Source: Acutalibacteraceae bacterium
GTDB lineage: Bacteria > Bacillota > Clostridia > Oscillospirales > Acutalibacteraceae
Reading direction: 5' to 3'
Length of the DNA stretch: 64,000 nt
Assembly (NCBI GenBank): GCA_045546235.1
Contig: JAZQCL010000007.1
Span: 3,617-67,616, forward strand
How positions within the stretch are numbered: position 1 is the first letter of the stretch; each line of letters begins with the position of its first letter. The notes beneath the pieces were generated by a model. The model had not been told where the DNA came from. It saw nothing but the letters and a program-made list of their open reading frames with translations, and ran no database searches. Both the position numbers and the translations under genes were made by a program. This document shows, piece by piece, positions 31,791 through 39,375 of the stretch.

Positions 31791-31819
31791 ATTATATTAT
31801 AAATTATAACGCTTTTCAA
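31791..31819 (-). promoter_or_regulatory. Consensus sigma-A promoter of the minus-strand glycosidase gene
   Basis: On the minus strand: TTGAAA (31819-31814), a 17-nt spacer, TATAAT (31796-31791), then an RBS (GAGG) before the ATG at 31756. Confidence 0.6.
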
Positions 31820-31930
31820 GATAAATAAAAAATAAATTGACTATTAATAATACATAGCGTAAAATATTTTTATAAAGCCTGTCACATTTTTACAAGTTAT
31901 TCCGTTATATTAAGTAAGGAGGGTTGTTGG

Positions 31931-32482
31931 GTGCTTATGTTTTACCTGTCGGCAGTGATTGACAAAGCCGAGGAAACAATGTTTGAAAGCATATACAAAG
32001 AATACAGGCGCAGTATGTTTTCTGCGGCTTATTCTGTTGTGGAAAACAGCTTTGATGCCGAAGATGTTTTGCAAAATGCCTTCCTTAAAATCGCTTCAAA
32101 TATGGACAAAATTAAACGGATTGATAAGGCGTTTTTAGGGGCTTATCTTACCGTTATTACCAAAAACTGCGCCATAGATTTTTTGCGCGCAAAGAAAAAC
32201 GACCTTTTCCGTGAAGAGGATAAAATTGAACACATCCCCGACCACAGAAGCACCGAAGCCCAAGTTTTGGAAAAAATGGATATCAATCAGATTGTGGCTG
32301 CAATACATACCCTTAAATCGCCCTATAAGGAAGTACTTATGCTACACTACCTTTTCGACCACTCCCACACCGATATTGCCGAGCTTACCGGCAGGTCTAC
32401 CGCCACGGTAAGAAAGCAGGTATCTCGCGGCAGAGCAGCACTTTTAAATTCACTGAAAGGAGATGAGATTTGTGAAAAATAG
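31931..32482 (+). CDS. ECF-type RNA polymerase sigma factor (sigma-70 family)
   Basis: Region 2 (FDAEDVLQNAFLKI..YLTVITKNCAIDFLR) and region 4.2 HTH (HTDIAELTGRSTATVRKQVSRGRAAL). GTG start 7 nt after AAGGAGGG. Confidence 0.85.
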   Translation: MLMFYLSAVIDKAEETMFESIYKEYRRSMFSAAYSVVENSFDAEDVLQNAFLKIASNMDKIKRIDKAFLGAYLTVITKNCAIDFLRAKKNDLFREEDKIEHIPDHRSTEAQVLEKMDINQIVAAIHTLKSPYKEVLMLHYLFDHSHTDIAELTGRSTATVRKQVSRGRAALLNSLKGDEICEK

Positions 32483-33863
32483 CAAAAATCAGAAGGAATT
32501 ACTGAAAAAAGCCTTTGGGAAAGCATTAGAAGAAGAGATTTCTGATATTAGACCCGTAGGCGAACACCACGAATTCTCACCTTCATTTGAAGAAAATATG
32601 GCAAAAACCATAGAAAAATCAAAAACAGTAAAATTCAAGCTTTCCTCCCTCCGTGCACAGAGATATATCGCGGCGGCAATTTCGGCTGTGTTTATAATAT
32701 CCTCTTTTACCGTTGCCGCAAGAATCACTCCGCCGAAGGCCGAGAAAACCAACCTTACTGCCTCCACCGGCTCCAAAACGAACAGTGAATCGGTACAGAA
32801 AAACGAATCTACCCAATCGGGCAACAGCCACTCAGTACCCGTGGGTGCAATTCCGCCGGAAAGCACCGAAAGCACTGTCTCTACCACGTCAAAAACAAGC
32901 TCTTCAGTCGATTCGGTGGAGCCTTGGGAGGGCGACCAACCCGCCGATGGCACAAGCTCGGAGCTTTTTGCCGAAGGCTTTGTTTCCTCTTTTGAATCGG
33001 TGTTCGAGGCTGAAGCCGACGAAGATTTCGTATTCCACAGCTCCGATAGGCTGTATCACCGATGGAACGACCTGCAGTTGTGCGGAATTCTTGAAAACGC
33101 CGAAACGCTATCTGTAAAACTTGAAAATTTCACACTTGAATATAAGGTGGCTCCGCTTTCGGCTTACCCTTATGCCGATGCGATTACCTCGCTTAAAGGA
33201 GAACCCCTCAATTTTGAAGCCCACGGAATTGAAAATTGCAGCCTGTACTCCATAAACTACCGCAGCGATATGCAGTACATTATTGCCGAAACCAAGGAAG
33301 AATGCTACCTTGCAAAATACTTAAAATGCAATGGCGGAATTGCTGTTGGAAGGGTCTTTGAACAGGTGTTTAGCGTAGGTAATGGCGAAGATTTAACGCA
33401 AACTGCCATACTTAACCTTGATGGCACAAAAAATGCTAAGCATATACTTTCAAAAGAAGAGCTTTCTTTGCTTTATTCCCTTTTATCTCGACTCACACTA
33501 AAAGAAGATTCAATAACAACCGTTGATAAGGCAACTAAAAAACTTATTTTAAGCTCCTCACAAGGGGGTGTAATACATATTTTCTATTATAATAACGGAG
33601 AAATTGCCATAGAGAATCAATCCCTTGGCAACACAGCTATACTTTCCCCCCAAGATATCCAACAATTTGAAGCATTGTTTGGAATAACAGAAGGCGAGGA
33701 ACAAATTACGGTTTCCGGCGGAACCGAGAATTCCGCCAGCCAATCCGATGCTTCCTTCAAAGCAGAAAGTACTGCCTCCGGTAGCAATGTGTCCAGCACC
33801 ATTACAGTGCCTTCTTCGTCGGTTATTTCCTATCAAAGCAGCCAGTCTGATTTACAGCATTAA
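32463..33863 (+). CDS. Putative anti-sigma factor: single-pass membrane protein with S/T-rich linker and uncharacterised extracellular domain
   Basis: It overlaps the sigma gene by 20 nt. It has a cytoplasmic N-terminus with HEFSPSFEENMAKTI, one TM (YIAAAISAVFIISSFTVAA), a low-complexity linker, and a ~280 aa ectodomain. It lacks a zinc-binding HxxxCxxC motif. Confidence 0.6.
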   Translation: MRFVKNSKNQKELLKKAFGKALEEEISDIRPVGEHHEFSPSFEENMAKTIEKSKTVKFKLSSLRAQRYIAAAISAVFIISSFTVAARITPPKAEKTNLTASTGSKTNSESVQKNESTQSGNSHSVPVGAIPPESTESTVSTTSKTSSSVDSVEPWEGDQPADGTSSELFAEGFVSSFESVFEAEADEDFVFHSSDRLYHRWNDLQLCGILENAETLSVKLENFTLEYKVAPLSAYPYADAITSLKGEPLNFEAHGIENCSLYSINYRSDMQYIIAETKEECYLAKYLKCNGGIAVGRVFEQVFSVGNGEDLTQTAILNLDGTKNAKHILSKEELSLLYSLLSRLTLKEDSITTVDKATKKLILSSSQGGVIHIFYYNNGEIAIENQSLGNTAILSPQDIQQFEALFGITEGEEQITVSGGTENSASQSDASFKAESTASGSNVSSTITVPSSSVISYQSSQSDLQH

Positions 33864-33866
33864 TTT

Positions 33867-33904
33867 AAAACCGTTCGCTGAAATTTCGGTGAACGGTTTT
33901 TTTA
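33867..33904 (+). terminator. Rho-independent terminator
   Basis: AAAACCGTTC...GAACGGTTTT stem followed by TTTT. Confidence 0.7.
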
Positions 33905-33977
33905 TAAAGAATATTATCGCCTTCAATGTAAAACATATTTTTAAACGGTTTAACACAAAGCATCGGAGGTACAAAGT

Positions 33978-35087
33978 ATGAAGCTTGACTTTTTAAAGCA
34001 TTTCGAATTTTTTGTGGGGGTACCGGATTCACTTTTAGCCCCACTTTGCAGTTATATTATCGACAAATACGGAATTGGAAAGCAACATATAATTGCTGCT
34101 AACGAAGGCAACGCCGTGGCTCTGGCAGCGGGTTATCACCTGGCAACAGGCAGGGTGCCGCTTGTGTATATGCAAAACAGCGGCGAAGGAAATATTGTAA
34201 ACCCCGTGGTGTCGCTTATGAACAACAAGGTTTATGGCATACCCTGCGTATTTGTTATAGGCTGGCGCGGTGAACCCGATGTGCCCGACGAGCCACAGCA
34301 CTTGTTCCAAGGAGAAATTACAATAAAACTGCTTAAAGATATGGAAATTGCCACCTTTGTTGTATCAAAAAATACCACAAATGCCGAAATTGAGGAACAA
34401 TTACAAATATGGAAACCCTTGCTGAAGGAAGGCAAACAGGTTGCCTTTATAATTAAAAAAGGGGCTATGGAATCGAAAAAAAATATAGATTTTACAAACG
34501 GCTTCACCCTATCAAGGGAGCAGGTAATAGGCTGCATAACCGAGTTTAGCCGGGAAGACAGCGTTATTTCCACCACGGGAAAGGCATCAAGGGAGCTTTT
34601 TGAAATAAGGGAAAAAAGCGGTATGGGGCATGGGCTTGACTTTTTAACCGTTGGTTCTATGGGGCACAGCTCTTCTATTGCCCTTGGAATTGCCCTTGCC
34701 AAGCCTCACAAAAAGATATGGTGCATAGACGGCGACGGTGCCGCCCTTATGCATTTGGGTGGAATGGCGGTTATAGGTGCCGCAAGGCCCAAAAATTTAA
34801 TTCACATAATAATTAACAACCAATCCCACGAAACGGTGGGTGGTATGCCAACGGTTGCCGGAAAAATCAGCTTTACTAAAATTGCCGAGGGCTGTGGTTA
34901 CCCCTATAGAGCAAGTGTTGAAACCCTTGAAGAATTGGTTGAAGTGCTTGCCGCCGTAAAGCGAAGAAACGCTCTGTGCCTTGTTGAGGTAAAATGCTCT
35001 ATAGGCTCGTGTAAGAATTTAGGAAGACCTACCACCTCGCCCAAGGACAATAAAAAGGATTTTATGGAACGCTTAAAAAAGGATTAA
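33978..35087 (+). CDS. aepY: Phosphonopyruvate decarboxylase (ThDP-dependent; sulfopyruvate decarboxylase is the alternative)
   Basis: FFVGVPDSLL, AANEGNAVALAAGYHLATG, VYMQNSGEGNIVNPVVSL and GWRGEPDVPDEPQH match the Ppd/AepY family as I remember it. The ThDP motif GDGAALMHLGG..IIINNQSHETVGG is present. The 369 aa length is typical. Confidence 0.7.
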   Translation: MKLDFLKHFEFFVGVPDSLLAPLCSYIIDKYGIGKQHIIAANEGNAVALAAGYHLATGRVPLVYMQNSGEGNIVNPVVSLMNNKVYGIPCVFVIGWRGEPDVPDEPQHLFQGEITIKLLKDMEIATFVVSKNTTNAEIEEQLQIWKPLLKEGKQVAFIIKKGAMESKKNIDFTNGFTLSREQVIGCITEFSREDSVISTTGKASRELFEIREKSGMGHGLDFLTVGSMGHSSSIALGIALAKPHKKIWCIDGDGAALMHLGGMAVIGAARPKNLIHIIINNQSHETVGGMPTVAGKISFTKIAEGCGYPYRASVETLEELVEVLAAVKRRNALCLVEVKCSIGSCKNLGRPTTSPKDNKKDFMERLKKD

Positions 35088-35095
35088 TATACCCT

Positions 35096-35128
35096 ACCCC
35101 AAACTTTTTGTTTGGGGTTAATTTTTTT
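35096..35128 (+). terminator. Rho-independent terminator
   Basis: ACCCCAAAC...GTTTGGGGT stem followed by TAATTTTTTT. Confidence 0.75.
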
Positions 35129-35129
35129 C

Positions 35130-35158
35130 TTGACAAAACCGATTCCTTGTTGTATCAT
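35130..35158 (+). promoter_or_regulatory. Promoter of the gntR-ABC operon
   Basis: TTGACA (35130-35135), a 17-nt spacer, then TATCAT (35153-35158). Confidence 0.55.
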
Positions 35159-35178
35159 TGTATTAGTTAAGTAATACA
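35159..35178. promoter_or_regulatory. Palindromic operator candidate (TGTATTA-N6-TAATACA)
   Basis: Perfect 7-bp inverted arms lie immediately downstream of the -10 box. The GT..AC palindrome type is typical for GntR/YtrA autoregulation. Confidence 0.5.
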
Positions 35179-35239
35179 GTGTAGAGAGTTTGGCTTTTTC
35201 AAAGAAAAGCGAGCGAGGTATAATAAGGGGGAATAGAAA

Positions 35240-35605
35240 ATGAGCTTTGATTTTGATAACAACGCCCCTATATATCTGCAGTTGGTAGAGCAGATAAAAA
35301 TAAATATTATTTCGGGTACACTTAGGTGCGGCGAGCGCCTGCCATCGGTAAGAGATTTGGCGCTAAGTAACAAGGTGAATCCCAACACAATGCAAAAGGC
35401 TTTATTGGAATTGGAAGCCGAAGGGCTTATTTTCACCGAGCGAACAAACGGAAAATTTGTTACCACCAACCAACAGCTTATAGATAACTTTAAAAAAGAA
35501 TATGCCGATTCCTTAGCCGATAAATTCTTTTCGGCAATGGAAAATATCGGTTTCACTAAAAAAGAGGCTTTAGAATACCTTAAAGAATATGGAGGCAAGG
35601 AATAA
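35240..35605 (+). CDS. GntR family transcriptional regulator, YtrA subfamily
   Basis: 121 aa. Winged HTH (PIYLQLVEQIKINIISGTLRCGERLPSVRDLALSNKVNPNTMQKALLELEAEGLI) with the short C-terminal helices typical of YtrA. Confidence 0.85.
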   Translation: MSFDFDNNAPIYLQLVEQIKINIISGTLRCGERLPSVRDLALSNKVNPNTMQKALLELEAEGLIFTERTNGKFVTTNQQLIDNFKKEYADSLADKFFSAMENIGFTKKEALEYLKEYGGKE

Positions 35606-36300
35606 TGGAACTGCTGCAATGTATAAACCTTAATAAAAGCTTTGGCGAAAAGGCCGTGCTGAAAAATATTAACCTTACCATACCTAAGGGCAAAATTATA
35701 GGGCTGCTTGGCAAAAACGGTACCGGCAAAACCACCCTTATAAAGCTGATTAACGACCTGCTTACCCCCACCTCGGGGCAGGTGCTGGTAAATGGCAAGC
35801 CTGTGGGGGTTGAAAGCAAGGGTATAATTTCTTATCTGCCCGAAAGAACCTATCTCGATAAGGGTATGACGGTGGATGGAGTTATAAAATATTTCAGCGA
35901 ATTCTATAGCGATTTTGACACAGACAAAGCCCGCAAATTATTGGCCGACCTGCAGCTTGACACAAAGGATAGGCTCTCTAAAATGAGCAAGGGTATGCAG
36001 GAAAAGGTACAGCTTGTGCTGGTTATGAGCAGAAAGGCAGAGCTGTATATTCTCGACGAGCCCTTAGGCGGCGTTGACCCCGCCACCAGAGATTACATTC
36101 TCGATACAATTCTCGGGAATTTCAGCGAGGGTGCAAGCGTTATAATCTCCACCCACCTAATCAGCGATATTGAAAGAATACTCGACCAGGTTATTTTTAT
36201 AGACAAGGGAGAGATTGCCCTTGTTTCGGACAGCGACGAACTAAGACAACGCGAGGGCTCTTCAATCGACGAAATATTCAGGAGGATGTTCAAATGCTGA
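35605..36300 (+). CDS. ABC transporter ATP-binding protein
   Basis: Walker A GKNGTGKTT, degenerate signature MSKGMQEKV, Walker B LYILDEPLGG. The start overlaps the gntR stop. Confidence 0.85.
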   Translation: MELLQCINLNKSFGEKAVLKNINLTIPKGKIIGLLGKNGTGKTTLIKLINDLLTPTSGQVLVNGKPVGVESKGIISYLPERTYLDKGMTVDGVIKYFSEFYSDFDTDKARKLLADLQLDTKDRLSKMSKGMQEKVQLVLVMSRKAELYILDEPLGGVDPATRDYILDTILGNFSEGASVIISTHLISDIERILDQVIFIDKGEIALVSDSDELRQREGSSIDEIFRRMFKC

Positions 36301-37076
36301 AGAAACTATTAAAATACAGCCTTAAGGACATTTTTAAAGGGCTGATTGTTTTCTATATTGTAGGTCTGGTTTTCGGAATTTTAACCCGAGTTTTCTTTTT
36401 GTTCGACGGCTCACTTGCTATGAACGTTTTTGGGCAGATATGCACCGGCGTTACGATTTCTATGTTTTTCAATATTCTTATTAACAACCTTATGCGGGTT
36501 TGGATACGGTTCAAATTTAATCTTTACGGCGACGAATCCTACCTTACCCACACCCTGCCCATAGAAAAATCCACCCATTACCTTTCTAAATTTTTAACCG
36601 CAGTAATAACCTTTTCGGTTAGTATGCTTACAATAATTGCAATTTTTATTACTGCATATTACACCCCTGAATTCTGGGCAAGCATAAAAACTGCTTTAAG
36701 CCCGATATTCACTATGTTCGGCAACGAGATTATTGTGTTTTTGGTGCTGATACTCTTTTTAGAATTTGTTAACATTCTGCAATGCGGATATACGGGAATA
36801 ATTTTGGGCCATAGAAGAAACTACCACAAAAACGGATTTTCGGTTTTATTCGGTTTTATTGCATTTTCTATAAGCCAGCTTTTTGTGTTGCTGACAATCT
36901 TTATTGCCGCACTTTTAAAGGAAGATTTAATGAAGCTGTTCACCTCGGCCGATATGCTGAGCCCCGCTACTGCAAAGCTTGTATTGCTGCTTACATTATT
37001 GGTTTATTTTGCGGCAATAGTAATAGGCTATTTTGTAAATTCAAAGTTTCTTAAAAAGGGCGTTAATGTAGACTAA
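36294..37076 (+). CDS. Multi-pass membrane protein, probable ABC-2 type permease partner
   Basis: About 6 predicted hydrophobic helices, a 7-nt overlap with the ATPase gene, and no recognisable motif. Confidence 0.5.
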   Translation: MLKKLLKYSLKDIFKGLIVFYIVGLVFGILTRVFFLFDGSLAMNVFGQICTGVTISMFFNILINNLMRVWIRFKFNLYGDESYLTHTLPIEKSTHYLSKFLTAVITFSVSMLTIIAIFITAYYTPEFWASIKTALSPIFTMFGNEIIVFLVLILFLEFVNILQCGYTGIILGHRRNYHKNGFSVLFGFIAFSISQLFVLLTIFIAALLKEDLMKLFTSADMLSPATAKLVLLLTLLVYFAAIVIGYFVNSKFLKKGVNVD

Positions 37077-37081
37077 ATTTT

Positions 37082-37107
37082 AAAGGGATACCATGCGGTA
37101 TCCCTTT
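37082..37107. terminator. Bidirectional terminator hairpin
   Basis: AAAGGGATACC-ATGC-GGTATCCCTTT perfect 11-bp stem between convergent genes. Confidence 0.65.
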
Positions 37108-37112
37108 AAGTG

Positions 37113-38387
37113 TTATTTAATACTGTTTATATACTCTTCTACGTCTACAATCTTGCCGCCAAGGCGTGCTTCCTCTGCCGCAAAGGTGATAAGGTGGTTA
37201 TAGCAAGATTCGCCGATATCTGGAATGGAGTTGCCATCGTAATTATTCGTAAGATAATCGTAAAGGGTTTTCACAATACCGCCGTCGCCACCACCGTGAC
37301 CACCCAAAATTCCATCGAGAGAATCCTGAGGGATTACCTCGGTTTCTTTTGTTTCAAAATCGAAAACTGTTATAGGGGTATTCTCAGCCATAGCTGCAGT
37401 CAGCATACCCTTTGTACCCATTATTTCGATATAGCGGCCGCCGTTGTTAAAGGCCGCCATAGAAAAGCTTACGGTTATATCATCTTCGAACAGCATATTA
37501 ACCTGCTGATGGTCTACAACGTCGTTATCGCACTTGTAAACGCACTTGCCGTACTGGGTGGTGGAAATTGCCTCCATAACCTGCTCGTCGGTGGGGTTAA
37601 CCTGACGGGTTGAAGAGCCTCTGAACCAACCGTTATCCTTATCCTCGTAATAAAGCTTTACCGCATTGTAGGGGCAGGTTTCGGCGTGGGGGCAGCCCTC
37701 TACACAATATTCGGGAGCACCCTCGGGAGCGTTCTCGGCTGTGAAGTGGCTTAGAGAACCGAAAGACTGCACCTTAAGGCATTTTTTAGAAAGCAGCCAC
37801 TGCAATATATCCATATCGTGGCAGGACTTCTGCAAAAGCATTGTAGAGCTTCTTTCTGAATTGCCCCAGTTTCCGCGCACAAAGCTATGGCTTTGGTGCA
37901 CATTACCCACATTTTCTTTATGGGTTACATTCATTATTTTACCAAGTTTCCCGCTTTCAATTGTATTTTTTATATACGTAAACAGTGTGGTATATCTCAA
38001 AACCGTACAAATTACTACCTTTACACCTTTACGGTTTGCCGCTTCGGTAATTTTTACACACTCTTCGGGAGTGGGGGCAATAGGCTTTTCAAGAAGCAGG
38101 TCGTAACCCAACTCGATTGCCGCCATAGCAGGTGCGAAATGGTCGCGGTCCATTGTGGCAATTATGGCCAAGTCTGCAATTTTACCTTTTTCTAAAAGTG
38201 GTTTCCAGTCGGTAAAACACATATCGTCGGGTATGCTATGCTTCGATTTCATATATTCTCTGCGGTTGTCGATAGGCTCGGCAACACCTATAACCTGGTA
38301 CTTCTCGTCGTATTCGTTTTTCATTATATTGGTGTAGCCCATACCGCGGTTACCTGCGCCGATTACAATTACCTTTAAACGTTTCAT
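37113..38387 (-). CDS. Gfo/Idh/MocA family oxidoreductase with a cysteine-rich insert
   Basis: N-terminal Rossmann motif KVIVIGAGNRG, then EKP. 424 aa. The insert carries C-x3-C-x5-CP (YCVEGCPHAETCPY) and C-x3-C (KCVYKC). Confidence 0.8.
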   Translation of the reverse strand: MKRLKVIVIGAGNRGMGYTNIMKNEYDEKYQVIGVAEPIDNRREYMKSKHSIPDDMCFTDWKPLLEKGKIADLAIIATMDRDHFAPAMAAIELGYDLLLEKPIAPTPEECVKITEAANRKGVKVVICTVLRYTTLFTYIKNTIESGKLGKIMNVTHKENVGNVHQSHSFVRGNWGNSERSSTMLLQKSCHDMDILQWLLSKKCLKVQSFGSLSHFTAENAPEGAPEYCVEGCPHAETCPYNAVKLYYEDKDNGWFRGSSTRQVNPTDEQVMEAISTTQYGKCVYKCDNDVVDHQQVNMLFEDDITVSFSMAAFNNGGRYIEIMGTKGMLTAAMAENTPITVFDFETKETEVIPQDSLDGILGGHGGGDGGIVKTLYDYLTNNYDGNSIPDIGESCYNHLITFAAEEARLGGKIVDVEEYINSIK

Positions 38388-38505
38388 AAAATGCCCCTTT
38401 ACAGTGAGAATGTTTTATGTTACTATCATAACAGACCTGAAAGCATATTTCTATATGTTTTCATACCAAAAGTATATGTTTTTAGTCCAGAAAGAGGGTG
38501 GCATA

Positions 38506-39357
38506 GTGGCCTATAAAGGTCTTGCGATAAAAGAAATGGTTAAAATTACCACCTTTTATTCCTTCTTTTGCAGGCATTACGAACACACCTATAGATTTTT
38601 AGGCGAAACCCACAATTTCTGGGAATGTGTGCTTGTAAGAAAGGGTAAAATCAGCGTATCGGCAGACGAGCGCATCTACCAATTACAGGAAAACGAGATG
38701 ATTTTCCACAAGCCATTGGAAATGCATAAATTCAACATTGAAAGCCCCGAAGGCGCCAACCTTATGATATTCTCCTTTGCTCTTGAGGGAGAAGGTGCCG
38801 ACCACCTGAAAAATAAGGTTTATATGCTTAATGGTGAACAGCGAAATTTGGCAGAGAGTGCACTTGAATTTGTTTTAAATACCCTTGAAACCGACAGAGG
38901 TTTTTACGGCTTTGATGAGAATCTAAAAAATCATTTTTCTTACGGAACTGCACCCCAAATGCTTGCCACCAAGATTTCCGAGCTTTTCTTAAGCCTTTTG
39001 AAAAGCAACAACATTTCCTCCTCTTTCGAAAGCTATGAAGCCACCGTGTTCAAAACCGCAGTAGATTATATGAATGATCATATACACAGAAACGTCAATA
39101 TTGAAGAATTGGCTGCGGCCTGTCACCTAAGCGTGTCCAGCATTAAAAGGCTGTTTAAAAAGTATGCGGGAATCGGTGTTCATTCCTATTTTTTAGCCTT
39201 GAAAATTAAAACCGCCACAAAGCTTTTGCAATCGGGGGTAAGCGTTACGGATACCTCTGCAAAGCTGGGTTTTTCGAGCCAGGGTTATTTTTCCGCCACC
39301 TATAAGCGGGAAACCGGAATATCCCCTACAGAAGAAATTAAAAAGCATAAACAATAA
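38506..39357 (+). CDS. AraC family transcriptional regulator
   Basis: C-terminal AraC HTH (IEELAAACHLSVSSIKRLFKKYAGIGVHSYFLALKIKTATKLLQSGVSVTDTSAKLGFSSQGYFSATYKRETGISP). I prefer the GTG at 38506 (5 nt after GAGGGTGG) over the track start at 38404. Confidence 0.85.
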   Translation: MAYKGLAIKEMVKITTFYSFFCRHYEHTYRFLGETHNFWECVLVRKGKISVSADERIYQLQENEMIFHKPLEMHKFNIESPEGANLMIFSFALEGEGADHLKNKVYMLNGEQRNLAESALEFVLNTLETDRGFYGFDENLKNHFSYGTAPQMLATKISELFLSLLKSNNISSSFESYEATVFKTAVDYMNDHIHRNVNIEELAAACHLSVSSIKRLFKKYAGIGVHSYFLALKIKTATKLLQSGVSVTDTSAKLGFSSQGYFSATYKRETGISPTEEIKKHKQ

Positions 39358-39375
39358 ACTTTAGGAGGAAACAAA

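Noticed and set aside
31757-31819. The N-terminal extension MKSVIIYNIMGAEINCCEAIK of the large minus-strand glycosidase, as given in the ORF track.
   Set aside because: The extension's TTG is the -35 hexamer of a consensus promoter (TTGAAA-17-TATAAT). The downstream ATG at 31756 has an RBS, and the conserved N-terminus starts there.
38404-38505. The upstream part of the AraC ORF (MRMFYVTIITDLKAYFYMFSYQKYMFLVQKEGGI).
   Set aside because: The region is AT-rich with no RBS, and lies in the divergent promoter region shared with the oxidoreductase gene. The GTG at 38506 is preceded by GAGGGTGG.
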